Below are positions 22,781 through 34,645 of a DNA stretch of 44,274 nucleotides, one piece after another (the stretch's first letter is position 1; each line of letters starts with the position of its first letter). Below the pieces are notes generated by a model that did no database searches, was not told the DNA's origin, and worked only from the letters and a program-made list of their open reading frames with translations. This DNA is from Octopus bimaculoides. Lineage: Eukaryota. Both the position numbers and the translations under genes were made by a program. The stretch covers positions 16,418,473 to 16,462,746 of the forward strand of contig NC_068987.1 of assembly GCF_001194135.2 (NCBI RefSeq), in the 5' to 3' direction.

Positions 22781-22878
22781 TTACAATTTCATAGACTGTG
22801 TTGTTGAGAAGTCATAAGCTTGACCATCTACATTGTCTTCCTCCTCTTCCTCCTCCAAACCACCTCCATAATCATCAT
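22781..22878 (-). CDS. Candidate exon of the putative DNAAF9-like gene
   Basis: Acceptor ccaataacag|AT, phase 1, compatible with the tatg|gtgagc donor at 23010. Encodes DDDYGGGLEEEEEEDNVDGQAYDFSTTQSMK(L), ending either at the TAA or at a phase-2 donor tt|gtaatc. The pyrimidine tract is weak. Confidence 0.4.
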
Positions 22879-23009
22879 CTGTTATTGGCACCAATATGTT
22901 AACCATAATTTCTCTGGCTTACTATCACTGTCTATGTAAGAATGAACAGGCCAGATCACTTGTTTGATGGGATTTGTTCCTCTGAAGAGTTCTCCCATTG
23001 TCTGCTCAC

Positions 23010-23122
23010 CATATAGCAAATTTCCACTTACTATAGACCCTAGGCTAGTCCATTGACTTTCAGGAATAGACTGAATGGCTACTGGGGCAGTCATTGAGCT
23101 CATTGGGTCAGTGAGCTCACTG
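23010..23122 (-). CDS. Candidate exon of the putative DNAAF9-like gene
   Basis: Acceptor aattttcttcag|CAG (NAGNAG), phase 2. Encodes SELTDPMSSMTAPVAIQSIPESQWTSLGSIVSGNLLY. Two good donors: ata|gtaagt (23032) and tatg|gtgagc (23010). Confidence 0.55.
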
Positions 23123-23278
23123 CTGAAGAAAATTTTTATAGATAGCGCACTGACTTCCCAAACACTGATAGCCTGGTGCCTCTTATAATCAGTACTAATT
23201 TATAAGCAGGAACTTCAAATTACTGTGGCCACCAAGCAAGGTTACTGAGCTGCATTGTTTCACAGTACTTTGCACAAC

Positions 23279-23670
23279 GGAGGTATAATGGCCCAGTGGT
23301 TAGGGCAGCAGACTCGTGGTCTTAGGATCGCGGTTTCGATTCCTAGACCAGGCGTTGTGAGTGTTTATTGAGCGAAAACACCTAAAGCTCCATGAGGCTC
23401 CGGCAGGGGATGGTGGTGAACCCTGCTGTACTCTTTCACCACAACTTTCTCTCACTCCTTCTTCCTGTTTCTGTTGTACCTGTAATTCAAAGGGTCAGCC
23501 TTGTCACACTCTGTGTCATGCTGAATCTCCTCGAGAACTACGTGAAGGGTACATGTGTCTGTGGAGTGCTCAGCCACTTGCACGTTAATTTCACGAGCAG
23601 GCTGTTCCGTTGATCGGATCAACTGGAACACTCACCATCGTAAGCGACGGAGTGCCAACACCACCACCAC
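23279..23670 (+). mobile_element. Full-length family C SINE with a 7-bp target-site duplication
   Basis: tRNA-like head (ggcccagtggttaggg...ggtttcgattcc). ttgcaca occurs at 23270-23276 and again at 23672-23678. Confidence 0.92.
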
Positions 23671-24589
23671 ATTGCACAGTATAGTATTAATAAACTTGTA
23701 TCAGTACTATCCCTCTGGGGGCAGTGGAAAAATCGAGAGGGGCATTGAAGAAAAAAGTGGGGTAACAGAAGAGTGTAACGGATGTAAAAACAACAAAATA
23801 ATGGGTTAGTTAGGTTAAGTTTTATCTGTGAAATACAGTTTTGAATTTTCTGCAGAACGAGGTCTATGTCTATGATGAGTGAGGGTGGAGGCAGAGAGGG
23901 CAGAGGCGCTAGGAATGTGGCATGGGTGCCAAAGGAGCGGCAGACCAAAAATGTTTGGAAACTACTGATTTATGCTAATTTATCTGTATTTCATTTTCCT
24001 TATTTTCAGGTAAATTTAATATTGTTTTATCCAAAGGTCACCATCCCTGCTTCACAAAAATCAATAATCTGGAAAGGCTTTGAAATCAAAGGTTCTGGAA
24101 AATCGATGTTGCATTGGTGTATTAAATTCCTTTTGTTGTCTATTTGATTTTGAGGGCATATTTGTTACAATGTTGTATTGAAGTGAATATATAGACTAGC
24201 TCCATGTAAAATGCTCCGAATATGTAGCCCTAAATTCAGTTCTATCAGCCACCTCTTGGACTCGAGACAGTAAATTAAAAAAAAAAAATCCTGACCTTTC
24301 AGGCAATAGATCAACACAGAAATAACTTGGCAAAAATTTGTAATGCTTTTGTTGCTATAGATAGAAATTCTTGGGACTTGAGAAATAGCTGCAAAAATTC
24401 TCATACAAATGGCATGGTCAAGTTGGTGACCTTGAATAATTTAGCACATTTTAAGACTTTGCCACTAAGCAAACATTATAATAGTCTGAAAATATAAAAA
24501 AATACAAGCAATGGCAGTAACAGCAGTAACAGCAGCAAAAGATTAACAAAGTGATGTGAAAGAAAAACATATGCTGACAAAGTGTGTAT

Positions 24590-24654
24590 GTGCCTGTTTG
24601 TGTGTGTATACATGTATGTGTGTGTTTGTGTGTGTTTGTGTTTGTGTGTGTGTT

Positions 24655-24690
<36 letters not shown>

Positions 24691-24965
24691 GTTTAGATGT
24701 TATTCTGTGTGTGAGTGAGTGTGTGTGGATGTGCATGCATACATATGTTTGTTGCATGTGTGTGAGTGTGTGTTTGGCTGTATATATATATGTGTGTATG
24801 AGTGTGTGTGAGTGAGTGAGTGTGTGTGTGGATGTGCGTGCATATGTATGTTTGTTGTATGTGTGCAAGTGTGTGTTTGGCTGTATATATGTGTGTATGA
24901 GTGTGTGTGTATATATCTATGTGTGTGCACATGTGTATGTGTGTTTGTGTGTGTGTGTGTGCGTG
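24590..24965. repeat. Compound (TG)n microsatellite with an internal ~100-bp higher-order duplication
   Basis: gtgtgtggatgtgc...gtgtgtgtttggctgtatatat occurs twice (about 24720-24810 and 24822-24910). Confidence 0.8.
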
Positions 24966-25343
24966 TGTTCAAAGAAGAGTAGAAAAGAGGCACACAAAAG
25001 GTGTTGAAGAAGTATATGTGAAATATAATTTTTTTTAGAGGTGAGTGGCAGTAAAAAGGAAATTAATATATTTTGAGACATCAAAGAGAAATAATTTAAC
25101 AAGAAAGACTCATTAATTTATAATCTATATCATCATCATCATCATCATCACCACCACCACCATCTTAATCATCATCATAACTCGTCTACATTATCATCAT
25201 TATCATGATAATCATCTTTAATTAAATTTTATTATTATTATTATTATTATTATTGTTATTATTATATGTAACCCCCCTCTGTTTATGTCTGTCTCTGTAT
25301 TGTCTCTCTCAACCTTCGCCCAAGTGGCAAATAAAGGAAATTA

Positions 25344-25401
<58 letters not shown>

Positions 25402-25492
25402 ATTTTGCTTCATCATTGTGTGTTTCTATTATAGTGACAGTTAGCCGACACACACATATATATGTGTATATATGTGTGCGTGTGTGAGTGCG

Positions 25493-25523
<31 letters not shown>

Positions 25524-25884
25524 CACAATTATAATATATATTCATACCTACATATAGATAAATATATATATATTGTATATATCATATTATTATATATATT
25601 ATATTTATATTATACAATTATATATATATAAAGAGTGTGAGAGTGAGCAAAAAGGAAAGAGATGTAGTGACATTGGCTTTGGGGATTTGTATTTATATGT
25701 TATTTGCATCTCTTTTTATATCATTTCCAGTTAAATCTATTGTTGTGGTGGATAAGATCTGTTTTCAATCGCCACATTTCTCAATAACTCTAGAATTTAT
25801 ATTTGAATTTTCTCCTCCTATCTTTTGGAGATGTGTCATTTTTTGGAATTGATATGCATGTTATCGTCATTATTATTATTATTT

Positions 25885-26004
25885 TTCTCTGAGTTTGACT
25901 TTGTCTTTAATCCTATTGGGGTTGATAAAATAAGTACCAGTTGAACACAGGGGTCAATGTAATCGATTTATCCCCGCCCCCAAAATTGCTTATTATTATT
26001 ATTA

Positions 26005-26048
<44 letters not shown>

Positions 26049-26165
26049 GGTGGAATTTGAGAAATGGACAAAAAATGCCTTGTGGTATTGCTTTTGATAT
26101 TTTTTTAATGTTCTGAGTTCAAATCTTGCTGAGGCCAACTTTGTCTTTCAGCCTCCCAAGGTCAA
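25885..26165 (+). mobile_element. Degenerate family A SINE fragments separated by (TTA)n
   Basis: Core ggggttgataaaataagtaccagttg and B box ttctgagttcaaatc. Confidence 0.7.
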
Positions 26166-26260
26166 TTAATGAGAATGTTTGCTGATAGTATTGCTTAAGC
26201 TCTTCTTCTAAATATTATTGGTGTTGTGCTTAAGTTGGAAACTATAATTATTATTCCCCA

Positions 26261-26291
<31 letters not shown>

Positions 26292-26293
<2 letters not shown>

Positions 26294-27470
26294 GCCAGTG
26301 CAGGCTTTTTTAGTAAGCTGGGATGTTATCTTGAGGTTTGATGGCAACAAGTCTTCTCAAATCTCAAGAGTCTTTCTTAGGATTCTTGCAGAATACAGCA
26401 TTGTACTTTTCTGCAGGTTGACAATGCGAGTCTAAACTCAAATATCTTTCAATCCCCTAAGTAGCATTTTGGATGTTGTGCCAGGTGCACCAATTACCAT
26501 AGGGATAATTGGAATCTTAGTCTTCCACATTCTCTTCTGATCTCTGGCTAGGCCTTGATATTTCTCCCCTTTTTCCAATTTCTTCAATATTGACTCTGCT
26601 ATCATGGGGAATTGCAAAGTCTATGAGCATATTCCATTTGTTTGTTTTGTCTTCTGTAATCATATCTGGTCTTCGTGTTTCAATAGCACAGTCAGTCTTT
26701 AGGAGGAAATCTCATAAAATGCTGTGGTTATTCTCTATTACAGCTTCCAAAACAAAAAAGGTAAAGTTACCTTCTGAGTCACATCAGCTTATAAGAGCTT
26801 GTTTCCCAGTTTCATGGCGTATATATTCCCCACTTGGATGGGATGTCAGTCCATTACAGGATTACACAATTTTGCCAGCTGTGTGGACTGGAGCAACGTG
26901 AAATGAAGTGTTTTGCTCAAGAACACAATGCATGACCTGGTCCAAGAATCGAAACCATAATCTTATGATCATGACTCCAACACCCTAACCACTAAGCCAT
27001 GTGTCTCCACTATTACAGCCTCTGGTTTGTGTTTATTCCACATGTCTGCCGCTTTGAACCCAGACACTCAGTTAACATCTCAATACACACTTTTACCTAT
27101 ATAGCCACACTTGCACTTATATTCTCTTTGTGCTAGCTTGCTGAGTCCACTCAAGTGATGGTGAACACTTTCCTTTCCTTTTCCACAGATTCTGCAATTG
27201 CTCTCTGACTAAGTTTTATCAACCTTTGTCTTTATCAAAGTCATTCTGATTGTTTGCTCCTGAGTGACTATAATTAACAATTTGGTGTCTCACTGCAGGT
27301 TTCCATCTGTTAGCTATATCCAGCATTCTTTTCTTCCAGTATCCTTGGCTTGTTGCGTGAATTAGCTTTGATAATTCTTCCTCTTTCCAGCTACATGTTT
27401 TGTTGTTCTTTCTTCTGTCCTACTGTTTCAATTACTTTTGGCACATTTTTCACCACCAATAGTATAATTT
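26292..27470 (-). mobile_element. Degenerate R4/Dong-type (restriction-like endonuclease) LINE, 3' end, interrupted by a SINE
   Basis: Minus-strand peptides: zinc-knuckle region NCRICGKGKESVHH..SKLAQREY (about 27090-27200) and RLE region KTDCAIETRRPDM...LIDFAIP...KYQGLARDQKRMWK..IPMVIGAPG...LQKSTMLYSARILRKTL. Followed by an (AAT)n tail. Confidence 0.88.
26765..27010 (-). mobile_element. Family D SINE nested in the R4/Dong-type LINE
   Basis: Head gacacatggcttagtggttagggtg...ggtttcgattcttgg and core cttgagcaaaacacttcatttcacgttgctccagtccac. LINE coding remnants lie on both sides. Confidence 0.85.
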
Positions 27471-27614
27471 TTCATCATCATCATCGTTATTTCTATTATT
27501 ATTTGATACAGATTAGAGAATAGGACAAAATACTTTGAGATATTTAGTTATCACAACACTTTGAGATATTTAGTTAACAACAACAACAACAATAGTAGTA
27601 ATAGTAATAATAAT

Positions 27615-27647
<33 letters not shown>

Positions 27648-27649
27648 TG

Positions 27650-28085
27650 TTTCAAATTTTGACTTAAGGCCTGAAATTNNNNNNNNNNNNNNNNNNNNGG
27701 GGCAGGGCCAGTCAATTTCATCGACCCTTGGGCTCAACTGGTACTTATTTTATTGACCCTGAAATGATGAAAGACAAAATTGACCTTGGCAGAATTTGAA
27801 CTCAGAATGTAATGGCATGAAATGCGGCTAAGCATTTTGCCTGGCATGCTAACGTTTCTCCTAGCTCACCACCTTCTTAATAATAATAATAATGATAGTA
27901 ATAATAATGATATTAATGAAGATAATGATATTAATGAAGATGATGAAGATTCGTTTTAACTTGGTACAAGGCTAGGAAATTTGAGGGGAGGGTAAGTTGA
28001 TTACATCTACAGTAGACTTGTGAAGTTGTTAAGGGCATTGGCCAAAACGCCTTGTGGTATTTGTTCCAGCACTTTATATTTTGCA
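27650..28085 (-). mobile_element. Family A SINE (27650-27880) plus a partial copy (27950-28085)
   Basis: Reverse-complement core ctggtacttattttattgaccctgaaatgatgaaag and head gcattttgcctggcatgctaacg. Confidence 0.8.
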
Positions 28086-28649
28086 TACACAGTGATGGTT
28101 GGAAAAAAAACCCAAAAAACATTTGACTGTATCTAAGTAACAAGATGATATCCTGAATAATAATTAAAAAAAAAATTATAAATCATGGAAAACCTTTCTA
28201 TGTGATCTCATGAAAATTCTATGACAAACATGTTTGTCAAACACCTTTGTCAAACACATGGGCTCTTCAATCAACCTAATAGCATATAAAACAAAGACAA
28301 GAGTACTGGTTGTAGCCCCTGGTCAAGTGGGGTTGTTCTCAATAGATAACTGTTGGTGATTTGACTAAAACATGGAAGAAAACTCTGTAACTTGCCTCAG
28401 GTAGTTAAGACAATTTGAGATTAGTAGAGGGGGTTCTGTGATTGGCCCTCAGTGGTGATGTTTTGTCATGAATATTTTATTTCTTTCATATTTTATGTTT
28501 TTATTATTTTTTTCCATGCTTATTTTCATCAACAACTGATGTAGAAATTACCCACTGTTATACTAAGAAAGATACAAAGCAAAAAAAACAAAACAAACAG
28601 AACAAAACAAAATCATCTTTGTAATAATCATCTCTTATTGGTGTTGAGG

Positions 28650-28671
28650 AAATGATGAAATCATCATCTTT

Positions 28672-28715
<44 letters not shown>

Positions 28716-29075
28716 ATCTATTGTCATCATCATCTTCGTCATCATCATCATTGTCATCATCATCATTATCTACATCAGCACCATCATCCACATTGTCATC
28801 GTTATCATATTCTTCGTTGTCGTTGTTGTCATCATCACCGTCATCATCACCACCACCACCATCATCACTGCCACCAACATCATCATTATGGTTATTTTAA
28901 TTCTTTTTATAATTTTTATTATAGCTGTTATCATTTTTATTATTATTGTTATTGTTATTATTATCATCATCATCATCATCATCATTATTATTATTATTAC
29001 TAAATTTATCCTCATTATTATTGTTATTATAATGTATCCTAATTATTATTATTATTATTCAGTACTTTTATTTTT
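28650..29075. repeat. Compound trinucleotide microsatellite (TCA/TTA/CCA)
   Basis: Directly visible. It explains the poly-S, poly-D, poly-I and poly-M ORFs. Confidence 0.95.
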
Positions 29076-29080
29076 ATAAC

Positions 29081-29234
29081 GTGCTTTCACTTCACTACCG
29101 AGCGCAGCTCTGTGCGCCTTGGGTATGTGCTGTGGTTTGCTGTGATGCTCTTATGTTTACTGTATTCAAAGTGTTTTGCGTAGAATGTGTGCAGTACCCA
29201 GTAGTGCAATTTTCTGTATGTTATATATATTTGT
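29081..29234 (-). mobile_element. 3' end of a second R4/Dong-type LINE, running into an N gap
   Basis: Minus-strand NIYNIQKIALLGTAHILRKTL*, the typical RLE C-terminus, then a short 3'UTR abutting TAA-rich repeats. Confidence 0.8.
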
Positions 29235-29902
29235 NNNNNNNNNNNNNNNNNNNNNNNNNNNNNNNNNNNNNNNNNNNNNNNNNNNNNNNNNNNNNNNNNN
29301 NNNNNNNNNNNNNNNNNNNNNNNNNNNNNNNNNNNNNNNNNNNNNNNNNNNNNNNNNNNNNNNNNNNNNNNNNNNNNNNNNNNNNNNNNNNNNNNNNNNN
29401 NNNNNNNNNNNNNNNNNNNNNNNNNNNNNNNNNNNNNNNNNNNNNNNNNNNNNNNNNNNNNNNNNNNNNNNNNNNNNNNNNNNNNNNNNNNNNNNNNNNN
29501 NNNNNNNNNNNNNNNNNNNNNNNNNNNNNNNNNNNNNNNNNNNNNNNNNNNNNNNNNNNNNNNNNNNNNNNNNNNNNNNNNNNNNNNNNNNNNNNNNNNN
29601 NNNNNNNNNNNNNNNNNNNNNNNNNNNNNNNNNNNNNNNNNNNNNNNNNNNNNNNNNNNNNNNNNNNNNNNNNNNNNNNNNNNNNNNNNNNNNNNNNNNN
29701 NNNNNNNNNNNNNNNNNNNNNNNNNNNNNNNNNNNNNNNNNNNNNNNNNNNNNNNNNNNNNNNNNNNNNNNNNNNNNNNNNNNNNNNNNNNNNNNNNNNN
29801 NNNNNNNNNNNNNNNNNNNNNNNNNNNNNNNNNNNNNNNNNNNNNNNNNNNNNNNNNNNNNNNNNNNNNNNNNNNNNNNNNNNNNNNNNNNNNNNNNNNN
29901 NA

Positions 29903-29933
<31 letters not shown>

Positions 29934-29990
29934 TACTATTATCATCATCATCATCATCATCATCATCACCACCATCATCACCATCACCAC

Positions 29991-30062
<72 letters not shown>

Positions 30063-30639
30063 TATTATTATTATTATTATTACTATTAGTGTTTATGGAG
30101 ATGCCCATGACAGATAAGTGCCAAACATCATGCCCAATATCACTTATTATTCCTTCTCAAGGGTATAATTGCATTAAGTGGGAGTGATATGACTTCAATG
30201 GGAAAGAGACTTAAGGGTTGGCTCTCTCTTCCGACTCACCAGGAGTATTAACTAATACTGTACAACAAGAGTAGTAGTAGTAGTAATAGTAGCATTAGTA
30301 GTAGTATTAGTATTAGTAGTAGTAGTAAGGATGTAAAGTCAAGCTGGCTGGCCTGGCTAGATGTCAGTTAAAGCTGAAATGATTGTGGTTATAATATCAA
30401 TGAAAGAAGAAGAGGAGGAGGAAGAAAAGGGTGAAATGTAGTAGAGAGAAGTAAATTACAGCAGAAATAGAAACAAAAGGTGAAAATAGGAGTAGTAATG
30501 GCGAAGGGTAAAGAATACACACACCTGGTGTTTAGGGTTAGGGTTTTTGTTATGCCAAAAGATGGGTGGTGTGTGTAGTCTTTACCTCTGCCATAATAAT
30601 AATAATAATAATAATTATTATTATTATAGTAATAATAAT

Positions 30640-31410
30640 CCTTTCTACTATAGGCCAGCAATTTTGGAGGAAGGGGTGGGGTGAAAGTCGGTTACATCGA
30701 CCTCAGTATGCAACTGGTACTTATTGCTTTAAATTTTGCCTGAAGGGCAGCCATTTTGGGTGAGAGGATAAATTGATTACATTNNNNNNNNNNNNNNNNN
30801 NNNNNNNNNNNNNNNNNNNNNNNNNNNNNNNNNNNNNNNNNNNNNNNNNNNNNNNNNNNNNNNNNNNNNNNNNNNNNNNNNNNNNNNNNNNNNNNNNNNN
30901 NNNNNNNNNNNNNNNNNNNNNNNNNNNNNNNNNTGAATTCAGAATGTAAGGACGGACAAAATACCGTTAAGCATTTTGTCCAACATGCTAACAATTTTGC
31001 CAGCTTGCTGCCTCAATAATAATAATAATGATAATAATAATAATCCTTTTTACTGTAGGAATAAGTCCTGATATTTTGAGGGGAGGGGGGCTAGTTGATT
31101 ACATCAACCCCAGTACTTGATTGGTACTTTTTTGATTGATATTGAAAGGATGAAAGGCGAAGCTGACCTTAGCAGAATTTGAACTCAGAACTTAAAACCT
31201 GAAAAGAAATGCTGTTAAGCATTCTATCCAGCGTCCTAAGGATTCTGCTGGCTCACCAATAATGGTTTCAAATTTAGGCACAAGGCCAGCAATTTTGGAG
31301 GGGAAGGGGTTAGTTGATACTATTGGTCCCAATATTTCTGGCATTTATTTTGTTGAGACCAAAAAGAGATGAAGGGCAAAGTTGCTCATGATAGGATTTA
31401 AACGTAGAAC
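30640..31410 (-). mobile_element. Cluster of degenerate family A SINEs
   Basis: Repeated reverse-complement cores (caactggtactt, gaaaggatgaaaggc, gaatttgaactcagaa). Confidence 0.8.
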
Positions 31411-32169
31411 TAATAATAATAATAATAACAATAATAATGATGATGGTCACTTCCTTCAACTTCATCATATGAGTGCTTGAAGGAGAGGATTTGCAAGAAG
31501 AAAAAACATGAGACAACAATAAAGAAATAACAGAAGCTACATCTATTTGCAATGGGTGCATGAATGTAATTTGAGTCCAGGTTTGGATTTTGCTATGAAG
31601 TCGCAATGGGGACAATGGTGATTTTGATTTAGCCTGGGATTGGAGGATATGATTTTTTTTATTGATCTGTTTCTTCGACTCAAATTGTTTTGATGCATTA
31701 TAATAATGATAATGGCTTCGATATTTGCCTCAAGGGCAACAGATGAGGTGATATTGTTAGGACAAAATAATAAAAATTTTTAACATGAAATATAGACAAA
31801 TTTGCAAATTGTTTCAAATTGGAAAAGTCATAATCATACCACCCCCAAAAAGAACATACATACATATATATACAGATGCAAGCGCATATATCTATAGGCA
31901 TGCAATTGTGTGTGCGTATGTATATATATATAATTATATATATATAATGTACGCACAAACACACATTTACTCGTATCCGTGTGATGATTTACATATTTAC
32001 ACACACACATGCACACACACGTATTTGTGCATATACATACATGTATGTGTGTGTCTTTATGTGTGTTGCATATATTCTACAAGCATGTAAATGATCTTGT
32101 CAAATCGGTGCATTGATGTTTGGTTAATATACAGAACATAAGGAAAAGCAATCCTTATCACAATATATA

Positions 32170-32346
32170 CTCTTTTACTCTATTACTTGTTCCAGTCATT
32201 TGACTGCGGCCATGCTGGAGCACCGCCTTTAGTCGAGCAAATCGACCCCAGGACTTATTCTTTGTAAGCCTAGTACTTATTCTATCGGTCTCTTTTGCCG
32301 AACCGCTAAGTTACGGGGATGTAAACACACCAGCATCGGTTGTCAA
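32170..32346 (-). mobile_element. SINE fragment (related MetaSINE-like core), truncated by an N gap
   Basis: cagtcatttgactgcggccatgctggagcaccgcc...agtacttattctatcggtctcttttgccgaaccgctaag. Part of it recurs at about 10080-10145. Confidence 0.75.
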
Positions 32347-32392
32347 NNNNNNNNNNNNNNNNNNNNNNNNNNNNNNNNNNNNNNNNNNNNNN

Positions 32393-32481
<89 letters not shown>

Positions 32482-32939
32482 ATATATAAATACACATTAC
32501 CAAATACAACACAACACCAAAGTAATACATGTACAAGAGTGTTAGGTTACAACATGCATGTAAGCTTTTGAAGAAAGTCTAGTGAAAATTTTAAGAAAAC
32601 ATAAATGAGTCATGAAATTTACATAAAATCTTAAGTATCACAGCTGTCAGCACCATCATAGTTACCAGCAGCAGTAGCCACAGTAGCAGCATCACCACCT
32701 CCACCAGCACAACCTCCACCAGCACAACCTCCACAACCACCTGCACCACCACCATTATCAATATTGAAATTAGTGAGCTAACACAGAACCATCAGTCTGG
32801 TTACTTGGTTTACAGGGAATAAAAATGCAACCAAAATTTCTTACAATTGTATTTATATATAATTATCTGAATGAAATTTTTTGTCTATATATATATCTTG
32901 AGGATTTGCTTCTGTTTATGCAAATATACATACATGCAT

Positions 32940-32990
<51 letters not shown>

Positions 32991-33994
32991 GATAGATATG
33001 TATATATACATACATACATACATATATNNNNNNNNNNNNNNNNNNNNNNNNNNNNNNNNNNNNNNNNNNNNNNNNNNNNNNNNNNNNNNNNNNNNNNNNN
33101 NNNNNNNNNNNNNNNNNNNNNNNNNNNNNNNNNNNNNNNNNNNNNNNNNNNNNNNNNNNNNNNNNNNNNNNNNNNNNNNNNNNNNNNNNNNNNNNNNNNN
33201 NNNNNNNNNNNNNNNNNNNNNNNNNNNNNNNNNNNNNNNNNNNNNNNNNNNNNNNNNNNNNNNNNNNNNNNNNNNNNNNNNNNNNNNNNNNNNNNNNNNN
33301 NNNNNNNNNNNNNNNNNNNNNNNNNNNNNNNNNNNNNNNNNNNNNNNNNNNNNNNNNNNNNNNNNNNNNNNNNNNNNNNNNNNNNNNNNNNNNNNNNNNN
33401 NNNNNNNNNNNNNNNNNNNNNNNNNNNNNNNNNNNNNNNNNNNNNNNNNNNNNNNNNNNNNNNNNNNNNNNNNNNNNNNNNNNNNNNNNNNNNNNNNNNN
33501 NNNNNNNNNNNNNNNNNNNNNNNNNNNNNNNNNNNNNNNNNNNNNNNNNNNNNNNNNNNNNNNNNNNNNNNNNNNNNNNNNNNNNNNNNNNNNNNNNNNN
33601 NNNNNNNNNNNNNNNNNNNNNNNNNNNNNNNTAAGAGAGAGAAATAAATACATACATATAGATATATATTTACCAAAACAATACAAAAACCCAAGGAAGC
33701 ACCGTGGGCAGTTTCCAATGCTTACAAAGACAAATTGAAGTTTTACAGAAACAACTCATCAACAAGTTTCCAAGGAAATGTATCCCTATATACACAGACA
33801 TCCCAGTTTTTCAATTCAATTCTTTGATCTGCTCTAAAAATTCATAGTAAAAATGAATTAATTCAACTTCTAATTAGCGATTTGAAACTTTAAAAAAGCC
33901 AGCAACAGATATGTTAGGCTGCAGGATATGCAGTAAAGATGGAATAAAACAGAACAGCCAACATGGAAAAGGGAATTCCCACAAATGAAGTGAA

Positions 33995-34025
<31 letters not shown>

Positions 34026-34260
34026 TAAAACTTACTTGGAAGAGGATGTGTAGCGTCCAATCATATAATAATATAAAGAATACGTATATACATATATGCA
34101 TATATACATATGTATATGTACATACATAAATCTATACATATATATATATGCGCATATGTGGGAACAGGACGTCATGAAATGTGTACAACAAAAACGTACG
34201 AAGCACGAGTACATGGAACATGGACTATTCTATCATATATACATGCCTATATGTATATAA

Positions 34261-34299
<39 letters not shown>

Positions 34300-34610
34300 T
34301 ATATATATATGTATATATAAATGTATATGTATATATGTATATGTATATGTATATAAATATGTATATGTGTATATGTATATATACATACATATATGTATAC
34401 ATATGTATATATAAATATGTGTGTATATATATATATATATGCATATATATATATGTATATATATGTATACATGTACGAATATGTATGTATATATGTAGAT
34501 ATGTATATATACACTAAAGCATCACTCTTACACTGAACCTCTACCTACATCTTAGGCTACATCATAGTAGGATCATTGAGCCACCTAATCAGCAAATTAT
34601 ATACAGGGAC

Positions 34611-34645
<35 letters not shown>

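Noticed and set aside
23855-24495. Plus-strand exon candidates (MSMMSEGGG..., AIDQHRNNLAKIC...)
   Set aside because: No consistent donor/acceptor chain or recognisable protein, and they lie antisense to the better-supported model.
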